DNA of 64,000 nucleotides from positions 80,040 through 144,039 of the forward strand of contig CAZYNM010000001.1 in assembly GCA_964648715.1 (NCBI GenBank). The letters run 5' to 3'. The translations under genes and the position numbers were made by a program. Under the pieces are notes generated by a model, which worked only from the letters and a program-made list of their open reading frames with translations, had not been told where the DNA came from and did not search any database. The stretch comes from an uncultured Pseudomonadales bacterium (GTDB lineage: Bacteria; Patescibacteriota; Microgenomatia; UBA1400; PJMF01). Below are positions 37,534 through 48,652 of this stretch, one piece after another. Within the stretch, counting starts at the first letter, position 1, and the number at the start of each line of letters is the position of its first letter.

Positions 37534-38454
37534 ATGCCTCGAATAGTACGATATCTGCCCGTCGTCTATAGCCTTAGCTTAGTTAGTGAGCTGGGCAATG
37601 TGTGGTGGATTTTTGAACTTATTTCCCATTGGAGGATTACCTATATAATTGGTGGTTTTTTCTTGTTGGTGCTGTACGCTTTACTTCGTAAATCGCGTAG
37701 TTTTTTCTTGGTACTCTGTATACTTGGTGTACACTTGTGGTGGGTTGCTCCATACCTTACTTTTACTCATCCCACATTACAAACTACTCAAGATCAACTC
37801 TCTGTAGTGTTCGCTAATACCTATTGGCTTACCAAAAGCCAAGATAAAGTCATCAGCAGCATGCATGAAATGAATCCAGATATTATCTTCTTCTTTGAAA
37901 TGCTTGAACCATCATTTACCGTTGTAAAGCAAGGGCTCCCAGAATATAAGTACAGTGGTTATGTGCATGGTATGTATGCGTTTAATATTGCGTATTTGAG
38001 TCGTGTCCCGGTAAAAGAAAATGTTTTATATTTTGTGCCGCTTGTTCCTACCTTAGAATTGAAAACACAGGTAAATGGAAAAACAGTGTCTATCATTGGA
38101 GCACATCCGCATTCACCCGTGGATGGAGAGTTTGTGATATTTCGTAACACTCTACTGAATGAACTATTTTCCTATGTTTCACAGCTGAAAGACCCCGCAT
38201 TGGTAGGTGGTGATTTGAATATTAGTCCGTTTGCACCAGAATATGCATATTTAAGAAAATCCTTTCCGCAATTGCATGATTCAATGGAAAACTTTGGGTT
38301 GCAGAACACCTGGCCAACACATATTTTGCCCGTTCTATTTTCTATACCAATTGACCACGCATGGTCAAATGAGCAACTTAATGTGCTTGAACGAAAAACA
38401 GGGCCAAGTACCGACTCAGATCACTTACCGCTTTTCGTACGAGTAGGGGTATAA
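37534..38454 (+). CDS. Membrane-anchored endonuclease/exonuclease/phosphatase (EEP) protein
   Basis: 3 TMs, GDLN, TWP, IDH, SDHLP motifs. Confidence 0.87.
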   Translation: MPRIVRYLPVVYSLSLVSELGNVWWIFELISHWRITYIIGGFFLLVLYALLRKSRSFFLVLCILGVHLWWVAPYLTFTHPTLQTTQDQLSVVFANTYWLTKSQDKVISSMHEMNPDIIFFFEMLEPSFTVVKQGLPEYKYSGYVHGMYAFNIAYLSRVPVKENVLYFVPLVPTLELKTQVNGKTVSIIGAHPHSPVDGEFVIFRNTLLNELFSYVSQLKDPALVGGDLNISPFAPEYAYLRKSFPQLHDSMENFGLQNTWPTHILPVLFSIPIDHAWSNEQLNVLERKTGPSTDSDHLPLFVRVGV

Positions 38455-38464
38455 TTGCTCAGAC

Positions 38465-38552
38465 GGAGAGGTGCCTAGAGTGGCTTATTGGTCAGGTCTC
38501 GAAAACCTTGAGGTGGGAAACTGCCGCGCGGGTTCGAATCCCGCCCTCTCCG
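38465..38552 (+). tRNA. tRNA-Ser(CGA)
   Basis: GGAGAGG...CCTCTCC-G, anticodon loop CT-CGA-AA, long variable arm. Confidence 0.92.
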
Positions 38553-38585
38553 CACAGATCAACGCTACACAGTTTAAAGGAGTCC

Positions 38586-40091
38586 ATGCTGGTGCAAAAA
38601 TGTGACACGATCATCCTTACTGTTGCACTCAGTGTCATTGTTATTTTTACTCTGTTTCGTTTCACTTATCTTGCTGAAATACCCGCAGGTTTTTTTGTGG
38701 ATGAATCTTCTATTGGTTACAATGTACAGCGTCTTTTGCGAGGTGCCACAGATGAGCATGGAGCATATCTGCCGCTGTACTTTAAAGCATTTGGAGACTA
38801 CAAAAATCCAGTTTTTGTCTACTCTCTACTGCCTATTGTTGCACTGTTTGGGGAGCACATAGTGAGTATACGTATAGCAGCTGCTTTGTGGGTGCTGGCG
38901 GCTCTAGTTGCCTTCTTACTGATGGGAAAAGCTGCTGGATTTCGACGTTTGAGTCTGGTGAGCATGATGCTTTTGTGTACCACAAGTCCATGGCTGATCC
39001 AGCTGGGAAGAGTGGGGTTTGAAGTTGCGTCTGCCCCTGTTTTTGTTCTTATTGCGGTCATTGCATACTATCACCTCACCAGCAATGTTCATACGCATGA
39101 TGTAAAGCATCGGTCCTGGTTATATACATTTGTTGTTGCATGCGTGCTGGGGTTTTATAGTTATACCTCTCTCAGGTTTTGTATGCCGGTTATAGTAGCG
39201 GCTGGTTTGTTTTTTATCCGCAAACATATTTCTGTGAAAAGCCGTGTGCATGTTTTCCTACTTATACTATTACTAAGTCTACCCATTTTTGTTTCACAAA
39301 GTGTACACACTGGAGCACTATCTGCTCGATATGCAGTCGTGGGTCTTTCACACTATACACATACTGGCGCAGAGTTTGTGAATGCTTTTGTAAATAACGC
39401 TTTTTCTCATTTTTCACCAACCTTCTTATTTGCTGGTGGAGATGGTAATCTGCGGCATGTACCTGCTCCCTACGGTGTTTTTCTCATTACTGCTATTCCT
39501 TTTTTCATTCTTGGTATGTGGTGGCTGTACAGCACACGAAACACTCTATTCTCTCGTTGGTTAATAACCAGCATGGTAGTAGGAATCGTACCTTCCGCAC
39601 TTACTATTCAATCACCTCATGTCTTGCGAGCAGTGGTTTTTTTAACACTCTCATATGTTGTCGCAAGCTTCGGAGTTCGTTTCGCACTAGAGCATAGTGG
39701 CTGGCTGCGATTGGTTGGTAAGGTTTGTACTATTGCGCTGGCTGTACAAGCATGCTTCTTTCTTTACTTTTACACGCATACCTATTCGCAGAATTCACGC
39801 ATTTGGTTTGATGCGGGTACAGTTGAAGCTCTTGCTCATATCAATCACTATATGCAGCCGCTTTACATATCAACTCAACTTTATCCAGGAACGTATGTGA
39901 CTGCATATTTTTTTGCAACTGCCCGAAACATTGATCTACAAGCACTGAACTTTATAGATCCTAATGATCAACTAGTGAAGGGCCCTGGAACCTACATTTA
40001 TGACTATCAATCATGTCAACAATTGTTGCAAAAACATCCATTTCCTGTGGCTATCTATGATGATGGAATATGTGTATTTGTACTACAGTAA
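38586..40091 (+). CDS. ArnT/PMT-like GT-C glycosyltransferase
   Basis: P.GF..DE..IGYN, D.HG..LPLYF..FGDYK.P, many TMs; start trimmed past the tRNA. Confidence 0.82.
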   Translation: MLVQKCDTIILTVALSVIVIFTLFRFTYLAEIPAGFFVDESSIGYNVQRLLRGATDEHGAYLPLYFKAFGDYKNPVFVYSLLPIVALFGEHIVSIRIAAALWVLAALVAFLLMGKAAGFRRLSLVSMMLLCTTSPWLIQLGRVGFEVASAPVFVLIAVIAYYHLTSNVHTHDVKHRSWLYTFVVACVLGFYSYTSLRFCMPVIVAAGLFFIRKHISVKSRVHVFLLILLLSLPIFVSQSVHTGALSARYAVVGLSHYTHTGAEFVNAFVNNAFSHFSPTFLFAGGDGNLRHVPAPYGVFLITAIPFFILGMWWLYSTRNTLFSRWLITSMVVGIVPSALTIQSPHVLRAVVFLTLSYVVASFGVRFALEHSGWLRLVGKVCTIALAVQACFFLYFYTHTYSQNSRIWFDAGTVEALAHINHYMQPLYISTQLYPGTYVTAYFFATARNIDLQALNFIDPNDQLVKGPGTYIYDYQSCQQLLQKHPFPVAIYDDGICVFVLQ

Positions 40092-40826
40092 GTGAAGTAC
40101 TCAAGCAGTATGTCTCAATGTTATTTTGATCACTCTTTTTGTATGGTGCGCCAACGTGCTTTGGCAATTATGAGTTGGGTATACGATCCGTTTCATGATG
40201 AGAAACATTCGCTGGAAGTGGAAATTCTCTCTTTGAAGATCTACCACAGTTTAGCACAGAAAATTCGCAAGGATACAACAGTGGCACGAGTCCGCCTTGC
40301 CGCCGTACTGCATGATACTTCTAGAGAAGTTATTGGCACAAATTTTATCCTTGAGCCACTTTTGGGTGGTTATATAAGTGGGAGTATTGCTTACCGGATG
40401 ATGATGGAGTATGGGTATGGGGAACAAGAAGCACGTTACATACGAAGTATTATTAGAAATCATGAGTCGTTCTTTGGACTTTGGAAATATACTGAGGATA
40501 TTACTGAGCGAATTCTTTCTGACTCAGACAACGTGGAAGCATATTCTGCGGAGCGTTTTACACGAGGGCTCATTTATTTTAAGAAACAAAAATTCTCAAA
40601 TATATTTCTGAATGTGTATATTGTTGGTTTAGTTATTCAGCACCGGTGGGCGCCCCCCCACTTTTTCTTTCCCATTGCTACAGTAATGCACAAAAAGTAT
40701 CTCCAGCGTTTGCGCAAAGTAGTCCTCACGCATAGAACGCTTTTTCGCTCGTTGTTATATTGGCCAGTCTACTATTTGTTGTATTCGCTTGACTTCTTAC
40801 AAGCTGAATCAGCTACAGCTGCATAG
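40092..40826 (+). CDS. HD-domain protein
   Basis: H...H, AAVLHD, H, D.D pattern. Confidence 0.7.
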   Translation: MKYSSSMSQCYFDHSFCMVRQRALAIMSWVYDPFHDEKHSLEVEILSLKIYHSLAQKIRKDTTVARVRLAAVLHDTSREVIGTNFILEPLLGGYISGSIAYRMMMEYGYGEQEARYIRSIIRNHESFFGLWKYTEDITERILSDSDNVEAYSAERFTRGLIYFKKQKFSNIFLNVYIVGLVIQHRWAPPHFFFPIATVMHKKYLQRLRKVVLTHRTLFRSLLYWPVYYLLYSLDFLQAESATAA

Positions 40827-42064
40827 AAATCCCTATCTCCAAAGAAGCCATTGACCTCAGGTTTCAGGAGTTGAGATCTCGATAACAAAAGTGCCGGACG
40901 AATCGTGTGGCTCCCATATTTCTTATTAATTGCGCTGATGACACTGTCGATGCGTTCGTTCTTTTGCCATTCATCAAAAAAACTAGGCTGAAAGAAGTGT
41001 GCTGGCTTGAGTAAGCCTAGTGAAACATGACAGCGAACAACGGGGAAGCGTTCATGCCATCGTTGGCTAACGTATTCCCACACAAGTGCAGTCACATCAC
41101 GAGTGTGAAAATGAGGAGTAGCAAGTGTAGTCTGATACTTCCAGTAAGTACTACTACCTCTCAAAGAAACATGAATATATCTGCCTGCTAGGCCGAGTGT
41201 ACGTGCTTTTTCACATACATCTAGTGTGAGATTGTAGAGTACAGACTTTATTTTGGCATCAGTATCCCAAGGGGCACCCATGCACGTGATGGATCTACCT
41301 ACACTTTGCATATGTGGTCGAGCCGGTCGTTTGGTTAAAAAGTGTGTCTCTTCACCATAAGCCATTTTTTTGAGTTCAGCTGCCCAAAATGGTCCACACT
41401 GAACTACTAGTGTTTCGAGTGGAATGAGTCGTACTGCATATAACGAGGTAATGTTCAATGTTTTTAGTTTTTTTTCTAGTCGGAAGCCAATACCACAGAC
41501 ATCTTTGAACTTGGCTTGTGATAGTAATACATCTTTGACATCTTCCGTACAGTGATTGATAACACCCACACCTGCAACTTCACCCGCTAACTTTGCAAGG
41601 AACTTGGTACGTGCGATCCCTATGCTACACGTAATCCATTCACCCAACTTTTTTTTTAGTGCGTTTTGCAGTTCTGTTGCGAAAAACTCTGGTGATGGAT
41701 AGTGCCGAGTGAGAGGTGTGTAATAGATAAATGCTTCATCAAGGGAGAACATTTCTACATCGGGTGAGAATGAGTTCAGTGTAGCTTCAAATGCGCGGGT
41801 GGCAGAAAGGTAGAGCGAAAAAGCAGCTGGAAGTACCACAAGCTGAGGGTAAATTACTTTTGCATCTGACAGACGCATGCCAGTCCCAATCCCTTTGGCT
41901 TTTGCTTCTCTTGAAGTAGCAATAAGACACGTCCTTCCCACATCTTTCACCACTCCCAGCGGTACACCACGTAGGTGAGGATTTTCTTGTTGCAAGATGC
42001 TTGCAAAGTACGAGTTGATATCAACATGTAGCCAGCAGGATTCTTTATGCACAGTACACCTCAT
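40772..42064 (-). CDS. dinB: Y-family (DinB/UmuC-like) DNA polymerase
   Basis: HVDINSYFAS, S.EAK..GI..GM, SLDEAF, SIGIA..KFLAK, GIG; start at ATG 42064 or GTG 42052. Confidence 0.88.
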   Translation of the reverse strand: MRCTVHKESCWLHVDINSYFASILQQENPHLRGVPLGVVKDVGRTCLIATSREAKAKGIGTGMRLSDAKVIYPQLVVLPAAFSLYLSATRAFEATLNSFSPDVEMFSLDEAFIYYTPLTRHYPSPEFFATELQNALKKKLGEWITCSIGIARTKFLAKLAGEVAGVGVINHCTEDVKDVLLSQAKFKDVCGIGFRLEKKLKTLNITSLYAVRLIPLETLVVQCGPFWAAELKKMAYGEETHFLTKRPARPHMQSVGRSITCMGAPWDTDAKIKSVLYNLTLDVCEKARTLGLAGRYIHVSLRGSSTYWKYQTTLATPHFHTRDVTALVWEYVSQRWHERFPVVRCHVSLGLLKPAHFFQPSFFDEWQKNERIDSVISAINKKYGSHTIRPALLLSRSQLLKPEVNGFFGDRDFYAAVADSACKKSSEYNK

Positions 42065-42290
42065 GTAAAATCCACTGATCACAAGTCTTGTTAAAAAGAA
42101 TGCGATAAACTGTTCCTGAATAATAAAAACTATAGCAGCGTAGTATGTTTCCGCCCTCACAGTACTCTCCAGAGTAAGTGCTTTTTTCGGTGATAATTTT
42201 TTTTCCTTTCCAGATAAACCACCGAGGGATGAATGAACCACCGGTGTACACACCAGCTACGGTAATCTTTTCATCGATAAGTGTGAACAT
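42045..42290 (-). CDS. Small Y-polymerase-associated protein (DUF6504-like)
   Basis: P.WF.WKG...Y.I.F.....W.L pattern; stop overlaps the polymerase start; leaderless TATGAT-6 nt-ATG. Confidence 0.65.
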   Translation of the reverse strand: MFTLIDEKITVAGVYTGGSFIPRWFIWKGKKIITEKSTYSGEYCEGGNILRCYSFYYSGTVYRILFNKTCDQWILHEVYCA

Positions 42291-42392
42291 AACCCAATCA
42301 TAATCCATATAAAATACGAATGAAAGAGAGCGTAACTATATCAAAAAATCGTACTTGTTTCTCTCAAGTACATGGTGCAGTATGAGAGAACC

Positions 42393-44936
42393 ATGCGAGC
42401 ATTTTCTACACCTATGATGCAACAGTATGCGCAAATAAAAGGCCAATACCCAGATTGCCTTTTATTTTTTCGGTTGGGTGATTTTTATGAACTTTTTCTT
42501 GACGATGCACTTATAGGTGCGCGACTACTCAACATAACGCTGACTCGTAGGCCTCGAGGCAAAGATGGCAATATTCCCATGGCAGGAGTACCCTACCATG
42601 CAGCAGAGAACTATATAGCAAAACTTATACATGCAGGTCAGCGGGTGGCCATTTGTGAGCAAATAAGTGAACCAGATGCAAAAGGTATTGTAGAACGGTC
42701 AGTAGTACGCGTTATCACTCCTGGAACTGTTTTGGACGATGCTGTGCTTGAAGCAAAAAAATACAACTACTTGGCTTCCTGCGTACACGGAAAACAGGGG
42801 TGGGGAGTTGCTTTCCTTGATTTGTTAACTGGTGAATGTGCGGTGACTTTTTTGGAAGAAGAAGCGCGAATTGTTGAAACTATTTTGGTAGAAATGGCAC
42901 GTTTTACTCCTCGTGAGCTTCTTATAGGTAAAGAAGAGCGAGCCGTATTTGCATTAGAAGACTATGCGCAAGAACACGATATTCATATCACTGAACAACC
43001 TGACCAGACATCATCCGAAGCAGCAGCATTGGTGACACTTTATTTTGATATAACAGTGAATGAAGAGCTACTTCTAGGAAATGAAGATGCAGCACTTAAA
43101 GCAGTTGCGCGTATCTGTTCCTACATACAGTACACACAAAAACAAGTCACTCGTCATTTGAAAAAGCCAGTGTGGTACAACAAAAGTGAGTATGTTCAGC
43201 TTGATCAACCAACAAACAGTAATCTTGAATTATTCAAAAACCTGCAAGGTGATGAGCACCTTTCATTATGTACACTCATTGATAAAACGCTGACAGCAAG
43301 TGGTGGGCGTTTATTCCGAGCATGGCTCAATCGTCCCCTCTATTCACACACCGGTGTGATAGACAGACAAAAGGCCGTGGGACTTTTTATAACCGAGCGT
43401 CAACTCACACATAGCATACGTTCTATTTTAGAAGAGATGTATGACTCAGAAAGAATAGTCAGTAAGCTTGCTCTTAAAGTGGCTACTTCAAGTCTGCTCT
43501 GGAACTTGACCGTTACCTTAGAAAAAACAATGCAGCTCTCACACCTCATGAAAAACGTTACTCAAGGTAACTTGCGAGTATGGTCACAATTTCCAACAGA
43601 AAAAATACAAACTATCGTAGCTGATATCAAGCAGACACTTGTGGAAAAGGATGCTGAAGGAGAAACAGGAATTATTAAAAAGGGAGTATCAGTAGAGCTA
43701 GATGAACTGCGTCAGATTACACAGACTGGAGAAGCATGGATTAGGGAGTTCGAAGCAAGGGAAAGAAAAAGAACTGGCATCGCTTCGCTCAAGTGTAAGT
43801 ACAATCAAGTCTTTGGGTATGCAATTGAAGTGAGTCATGCTCATAAAGCATCTGTCCCAGCTGAGTACGAACGTAAACAAACACTCGTGAATGCAGAACG
43901 TTTTACGACACCGGAACTTAAAGAGAAGGAGTTCCATATTTTGACTGCCACTGCACGTACTGCTGAGCTTGAACAAATGCTTTTTGCACAACTTGTGGAG
44001 CGAGTCATCAGTGACTCTGCAGTCTTGCAACTTGCTGCTCAGGCAGTAGCAGAATTGGATGTTTATACTGCATGTGCGTATCTTGCTGATGCGGAAGAAT
44101 GGATTTTACCAGAAATGCATCTAGGAAGAGAATTACAAATTGAGGCTGGTAAGCACCCTGTTCTAGCCATACATTTGCGAGATACTTGTATTGCTAATAC
44201 GACGCGACTTGGTGGACCAGGTGCAGATGTATTCATAATTACCGGACCAAATATGGGTGGCAAGTCTGTATACATGAGACAGGTTGCACTTATCACAGTG
44301 CTCGCTCATTGTGGTTTCCCCGTTCCAGCACGTAGTGCTCGTGTTCCACTCACGGATGCGATCTTTGTGAGAAGTGGTGCAAGTGACAACATTGCTGCAG
44401 GAGTATCAACATTTATGATGGAGATGACTGAAGCAGCTAGGATTGTGCGCAGTGCTACTTCAAAAAGTTTGGTGGTGATGGACGAGATAGGAAGGGGTAC
44501 GAGTACTTATGATGGTATTAGTATTGCATGGGCACTAGCAGAGTCTTTTGTGATTGGTACACAAAGGCCTAAAGTACTCTTTGCCACTCATTATCATGAG
44601 TTACAAGAGCTAGCTCAGCATCATCCTCATGCTATACAAAATAGACATGCTGCTGTTTACGAGGATAGCGGCAAACCCGTGTTCTTGTATACTATTGAAC
44701 CTGGTCCAGCCTCACACAGCTATGGTATAGCAGTTGCAGAACTGGCGCACATACCGCAAGCAATTCTTGAACGGGCGCGCGTCATATTAGCCCAACTTGA
44801 AAAAAGCCATAAAAACCCAGAGGACTCTCTTCTCAGAGAAAAGTTACTGAGCATTGATTGTTCCACCATGAAACCTATTGAAGCACTGACCTTTCTTGCA
44901 TCTTTACAAGATGCAATCAGAAAAAAATATGATTAG
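42393..44936 (+). CDS. mutS: DNA mismatch repair protein MutS
   Basis: [46 protein letters not shown]. Confidence 0.96.
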   Translation: MRAFSTPMMQQYAQIKGQYPDCLLFFRLGDFYELFLDDALIGARLLNITLTRRPRGKDGNIPMAGVPYHAAENYIAKLIHAGQRVAICEQISEPDAKGIVERSVVRVITPGTVLDDAVLEAKKYNYLASCVHGKQGWGVAFLDLLTGECAVTFLEEEARIVETILVEMARFTPRELLIGKEERAVFALEDYAQEHDIHITEQPDQTSSEAAALVTLYFDITVNEELLLGNEDAALKAVARICSYIQYTQKQVTRHLKKPVWYNKSEYVQLDQPTNSNLELFKNLQGDEHLSLCTLIDKTLTASGGRLFRAWLNRPLYSHTGVIDRQKAVGLFITERQLTHSIRSILEEMYDSERIVSKLALKVATSSLLWNLTVTLEKTMQLSHLMKNVTQGNLRVWSQFPTEKIQTIVADIKQTLVEKDAEGETGIIKKGVSVELDELRQITQTGEAWIREFEARERKRTGIASLKCKYNQVFGYAIEVSHAHKASVPAEYERKQTLVNAERFTTPELKEKEFHILTATARTAELEQMLFAQLVERVISDSAVLQLAAQAVAELDVYTACAYLADAEEWILPEMHLGRELQIEAGKHPVLAIHLRDTCIANTTRLGGPGADVFIITGPNMGGKSVYMRQVALITVLAHCGFPVPARSARVPLTDAIFVRSGASDNIAAGVSTFMMEMTEAARIVRSATSKSLVVMDEIGRGTSTYDGISIAWALAESFVIGTQRPKVLFATHYHELQELAQHHPHAIQNRHAAVYEDSGKPVFLYTIEPGPASHSYGIAVAELAHIPQAILERARVILAQLEKSHKNPEDSLLREKLLSIDCSTMKPIEALTFLASLQDAIRKKYD

Positions 44937-46590
44937 AAAATTGGATCGTGCGTTAATTGCTCGTATTGCTGCCGGTCAAGTTGTTGAGAACCCGGCTAGC
45001 ATTCTCAAAGAGTTGCTTGAGAACTCACTTGATGCAGGTGCACAGCATATTACTGTTCGTTTGCAGGAGGGGGGAAAAAAGAGTATTACCGTTCAAGATG
45101 ATGGTGTTGGTATTGCGGCAGCTGAAATGGAGCTTGCGCTAGAGCGCTACACCACGAGCAAACTTGACGAAGAAGTTGACCTTACTTCAGTAGCTACCTA
45201 CGGCTTTAGAGGAGAAGCATTATTTAGCATTGCAGAGGTTGCACATGTTGATATTATTTCACGCGTGCAGCATGCCCAACATGGTTGGATGGTAAAAAAA
45301 ACCAATGGTTCTGTCAAAGAATCAAAGGCACAGGCATATGAAGAAGGAACAAAAATCACCGTCTCTGACCTTTTCTCTAACCATCCTGCTCGTAAAGTTT
45401 TTTTGGATTCCGTAAGTAAAGAACAGGCAAGATGCATGGACGTTTTTACACAAGTTGCATTGGCACATTCCGAAGTAGCATTTAAGGTTTTTGTTGATGA
45501 GTCATTGCTTTATACAGTAGCTGCAGAGACACCACCTCAGCGCATGCTCAGTCTGGGAATTATTTCCCATCCTGAGCAAGTTATACACTGTAAGTGTAGC
45601 GCAGAGTTCTTTGATGTTTCAGCATACATAGGTGTGCCTCAAATTGCTTCTGAAACTGATCATGCTCATTATTCTTTTGTTAATGAGAGGCCAGTTCGTA
45701 TACCTACATTATCGCGTAGCTTAAAGCGTGCATACGGCACATTGTTGGAGGCCCGACGTTTTCCTTTGGCAGTAATATATCTAACGGTGAACAAAAACTT
45801 CGTTGATGTGAATGTGCATCCTCAAAAACAGACGGTTGCTATTCGTAGTATGCCATTGCTCATACATGAAATAGAAAAAACAGTCAAAGACACACTAACT
45901 GCTGCGACCATTCATTATCGAAAAGAACACAGCTTGTATTTCAGAGATACTAAACAGATGGATAGAGCCTTGGGCTCAGAATTAAAGATCACAAATGAAC
46001 CATGGCACCCAGCGCAAATGGTACACGGAACTGATATTCAGCAGCTTCATAGACTTTATCTTTTGGCACAAACAGCAGATGGTCTGCTCCTCATTGACCA
46101 GCATGCAGCACATGAACGTATTTTGTATGAACAGTACACAGGAGCATTTACAAAACTCAACAAGCGTTGTGTGCTTGATGAACCTTGCCGTGTGCAGTTA
46201 ACACCTTCGGAAGTAGCACAAAGTGATCTGTTGGTACAACACCTCCGTAGGATGGGATGTGAATCAACTTTAGAGAACAAACAACTAGAAGTAACTAGTT
46301 TACCACATCCTGTTGAGCGAAGAAGGCAACAGAGTTTCGTTACCGATCTGGTGCACAGCATCTTGCATGATTCCCCCACATCAGAGACAGAAATAATGCA
46401 CACAACCTGTGCCTATTTAGCATGCAAGCATGCCATAAAGGCGGGGGATCCACTTACAATGCACGAACGCAAAAAACTTGTGGAAAAATTATTCTCAACA
46501 ACCAGTAACTACACTTGCCCACATGGAAGACCTGTGTATATAACAGTGAGCCTCTCAGAACTTGAACAATGGTTTCACCGAAGGGTGTGA
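44929..46590 (+). CDS. mutL: DNA mismatch repair endonuclease MutL
   Basis: [47 protein letters not shown]. Confidence 0.95.
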   Translation: MIRKLDRALIARIAAGQVVENPASILKELLENSLDAGAQHITVRLQEGGKKSITVQDDGVGIAAAEMELALERYTTSKLDEEVDLTSVATYGFRGEALFSIAEVAHVDIISRVQHAQHGWMVKKTNGSVKESKAQAYEEGTKITVSDLFSNHPARKVFLDSVSKEQARCMDVFTQVALAHSEVAFKVFVDESLLYTVAAETPPQRMLSLGIISHPEQVIHCKCSAEFFDVSAYIGVPQIASETDHAHYSFVNERPVRIPTLSRSLKRAYGTLLEARRFPLAVIYLTVNKNFVDVNVHPQKQTVAIRSMPLLIHEIEKTVKDTLTAATIHYRKEHSLYFRDTKQMDRALGSELKITNEPWHPAQMVHGTDIQQLHRLYLLAQTADGLLLIDQHAAHERILYEQYTGAFTKLNKRCVLDEPCRVQLTPSEVAQSDLLVQHLRRMGCESTLENKQLEVTSLPHPVERRRQQSFVTDLVHSILHDSPTSETEIMHTTCAYLACKHAIKAGDPLTMHERKKLVEKLFSTTSNYTCPHGRPVYITVSLSELEQWFHRRV

Positions 46591-46857
46591 GTAATGAAGC
46601 AAGGGTAACGAGACATGCTTTAATGTATCTTGTAAATCTTTTTCAATGGTTTCACTATCTCTGTTATTAGCGTCCTGGTGTACAGCGGGAATAAAAATAC
46701 AGTGTGATGCTGCAAGCGTTACTCCCAGCCGAGCAAGTGAACTGCCTAAGGTAGTGACGATCGTTGTAGTAGTGATGCACACGTACCCAACTACAGTTAT
46801 TTGACGCATGTACAAGACATGGCAGTGCTCGCGTTGTGAAAAACATGAGGGAAGCAT
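46555..46857 (-). CDS. Possible small hypothetical protein
   Basis: Fills an otherwise empty 270-nt gap; no recognisable motif. Confidence 0.25.
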   Translation of the reverse strand: MLPSCFSQREHCHVLYMRQITVVGYVCITTTTIVTTLGSSLARLGVTLAASHCIFIPAVHQDANNRDSETIEKDLQDTLKHVSLPLLHYSHPSVKPLFKF

Positions 46858-46898
46858 ACAGCTGTTAGTATGCTGATAAAGCTTGCATGTACCTTGCG

Positions 46899-47516
46899 TT
46901 AGGTGGTAGTAGTTTTTGGTGGATTGGTATCAAGCCAAGTCTTGAGTTGTTTATATACCGAAAGTGACAGAGCATAGCTGCTCTCCAGTACTGAAAGAGA
47001 GATACCTGACTCTTTTTGTGCGATGAGCGTACTCCGCATGTCTCTAATTGCTTCTACTGCTTCACATGCTTCTGGTGTTAAAAAATCTGCATCTTCTAAA
47101 AATTCCAGTACAGCTTCAGGAGGAAGTTCCGCTGTCTCTTCTGTACTTCTCATCAGTGACTTAGCGATGATTCTGAGTACTCGCTCTATTTCATATGAGA
47201 CGGCCAAGAAGTTGTCAGGAAGCCTACCCATTTGATTGGGCATATCTTCTTTGAGTGCTTTACGGAGCTTGTAGGGTGAAGGTTGGAGTTCAGTCTCATC
47301 GTTAATAAAGGAGTCCTTTTGCAGCTTCCTTATTTCTTCTTCTTTCTTTTTCCCTGATATGCCCCAAAAGTTAAACTCTTTGAGGTCAGCAAATACCGCA
47401 AGTAAGAGAATCATGAGAGCCAAGGCTACTGTAGTATTTGAAAGCTCAACAGGTGTAAAGCCAAATTGACTTGCAAAAAGTGCGGTGGTGAGAATGAGAA
47501 GGGCTAAAATTTTCAT
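46899..47516 (-). CDS. Two-TM protein with a helical (HEPN/DUF4145-like?) C-terminal domain
   Basis: N-terminal TMs; ..EIE..LR.. and IRDMRSTLIA helix pattern. Confidence 0.6.
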   Translation of the reverse strand: MKILALLILTTALFASQFGFTPVELSNTTVALALMILLLAVFADLKEFNFWGISGKKKEEEIRKLQKDSFINDETELQPSPYKLRKALKEDMPNQMGRLPDNFLAVSYEIERVLRIIAKSLMRSTEETAELPPEAVLEFLEDADFLTPEACEAVEAIRDMRSTLIAQKESGISLSVLESSYALSLSVYKQLKTWLDTNPPKTTTT

Positions 47517-47569
47517 TTCCTATTTCCTTCGGGTATTATGCCACAAAAAATATGCTATGGTATAGTGAG

Positions 47570-48652
47570 ATGAAACGGTTTGTAACTGCGCAAATAGGAC
47601 GTATTTTTTTCGCTCTACTCATTTGTGGTGCCGCGATAGGATATGCCTCTCGAGATAAGTATGCGCTACATGATTTATCCACTCATATAACGGGTATAGC
47701 ACCAAGAATCCAGAGGACATTATTATCAGGATTATTGGCCACTGTGCCTGCACCAACAGGTACCCCTTTGCCGCACATTCCCGAAATGAGTATTCAAAGT
47801 ATGTATAACTTTATTGATGCTGAACGGCACAAGAATGGGCTTTCACCACTACGTCATGATACCGATGTAGAAAAGATTGCAAGTGCTATTGCCGTGGGGT
47901 CTGCTGACTTGGGAAATAGGTTTGAAGAGCTGAATACACAGGATATTATTACGCGCATGGCACGTCAATATAAGCTATCACAGTACACCTTTGCGCATGA
48001 TACCTTGCTGGGTGTTCAAGCAACCGACGACGTACTTGCACAGTGGCTCACGCAAGGACCTACAGCTCACTATTTAAGTTCAGATCTTGAAGCAGCTGCA
48101 ATAGCTACAGCAACTACGACTCTGGAAGGAAGACCCGCAGGAGTGGTAGTAACTCTCTTTATTAAAAAAACATCACCACAAAAAATAAGAGAGAATACTG
48201 AGTCTCAAACACAGCCTAAAATAGTATTCCCAAGCATCACTAATGAGTCAATACTGAGCGCGCTGAATGCCTATCGCCAAGTGCATGGGGTAGCGGCTCT
48301 CACTGAGCATCCCAATCTCTGCGCATATGCAGAAAAACGACTGAGTGACTTACTTGCTTTTGGGGGACTTGATAACCATGAGGGTTTCCGCAAAGACTTT
48401 GAAAACCCAGAAGCAATTCCTCAGATTATCAAAGACTATCCTGGACATAATGTGGGAGAAAATTTGGCCTATCAATTTTGCCGTAACATGAAAACAAATG
48501 AAGCATTTATTGCGCCACACGCAACTGCGCTTATTGAGTGGTGTTTTGACTCATCTACCAAAGGGCATCGTGAAGCACAACTGAGCTCTGCATATGTCTC
48601 AGCCTGTGCTCGAAATAAAAATGGATATTTCGTGATTATTTTTGGCGATTAG
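47570..48652 (+). CDS. CAP (SCP) domain protein with two CAP-like modules
   Basis: ER.KNGL.PL, N.YR..HG...L, GENLA, S.GH motifs. Confidence 0.8.
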   Translation: MKRFVTAQIGRIFFALLICGAAIGYASRDKYALHDLSTHITGIAPRIQRTLLSGLLATVPAPTGTPLPHIPEMSIQSMYNFIDAERHKNGLSPLRHDTDVEKIASAIAVGSADLGNRFEELNTQDIITRMARQYKLSQYTFAHDTLLGVQATDDVLAQWLTQGPTAHYLSSDLEAAAIATATTTLEGRPAGVVVTLFIKKTSPQKIRENTESQTQPKIVFPSITNESILSALNAYRQVHGVAALTEHPNLCAYAEKRLSDLLAFGGLDNHEGFRKDFENPEAIPQIIKDYPGHNVGENLAYQFCRNMKTNEAFIAPHATALIEWCFDSSTKGHREAQLSSAYVSACARNKNGYFVIIFGD

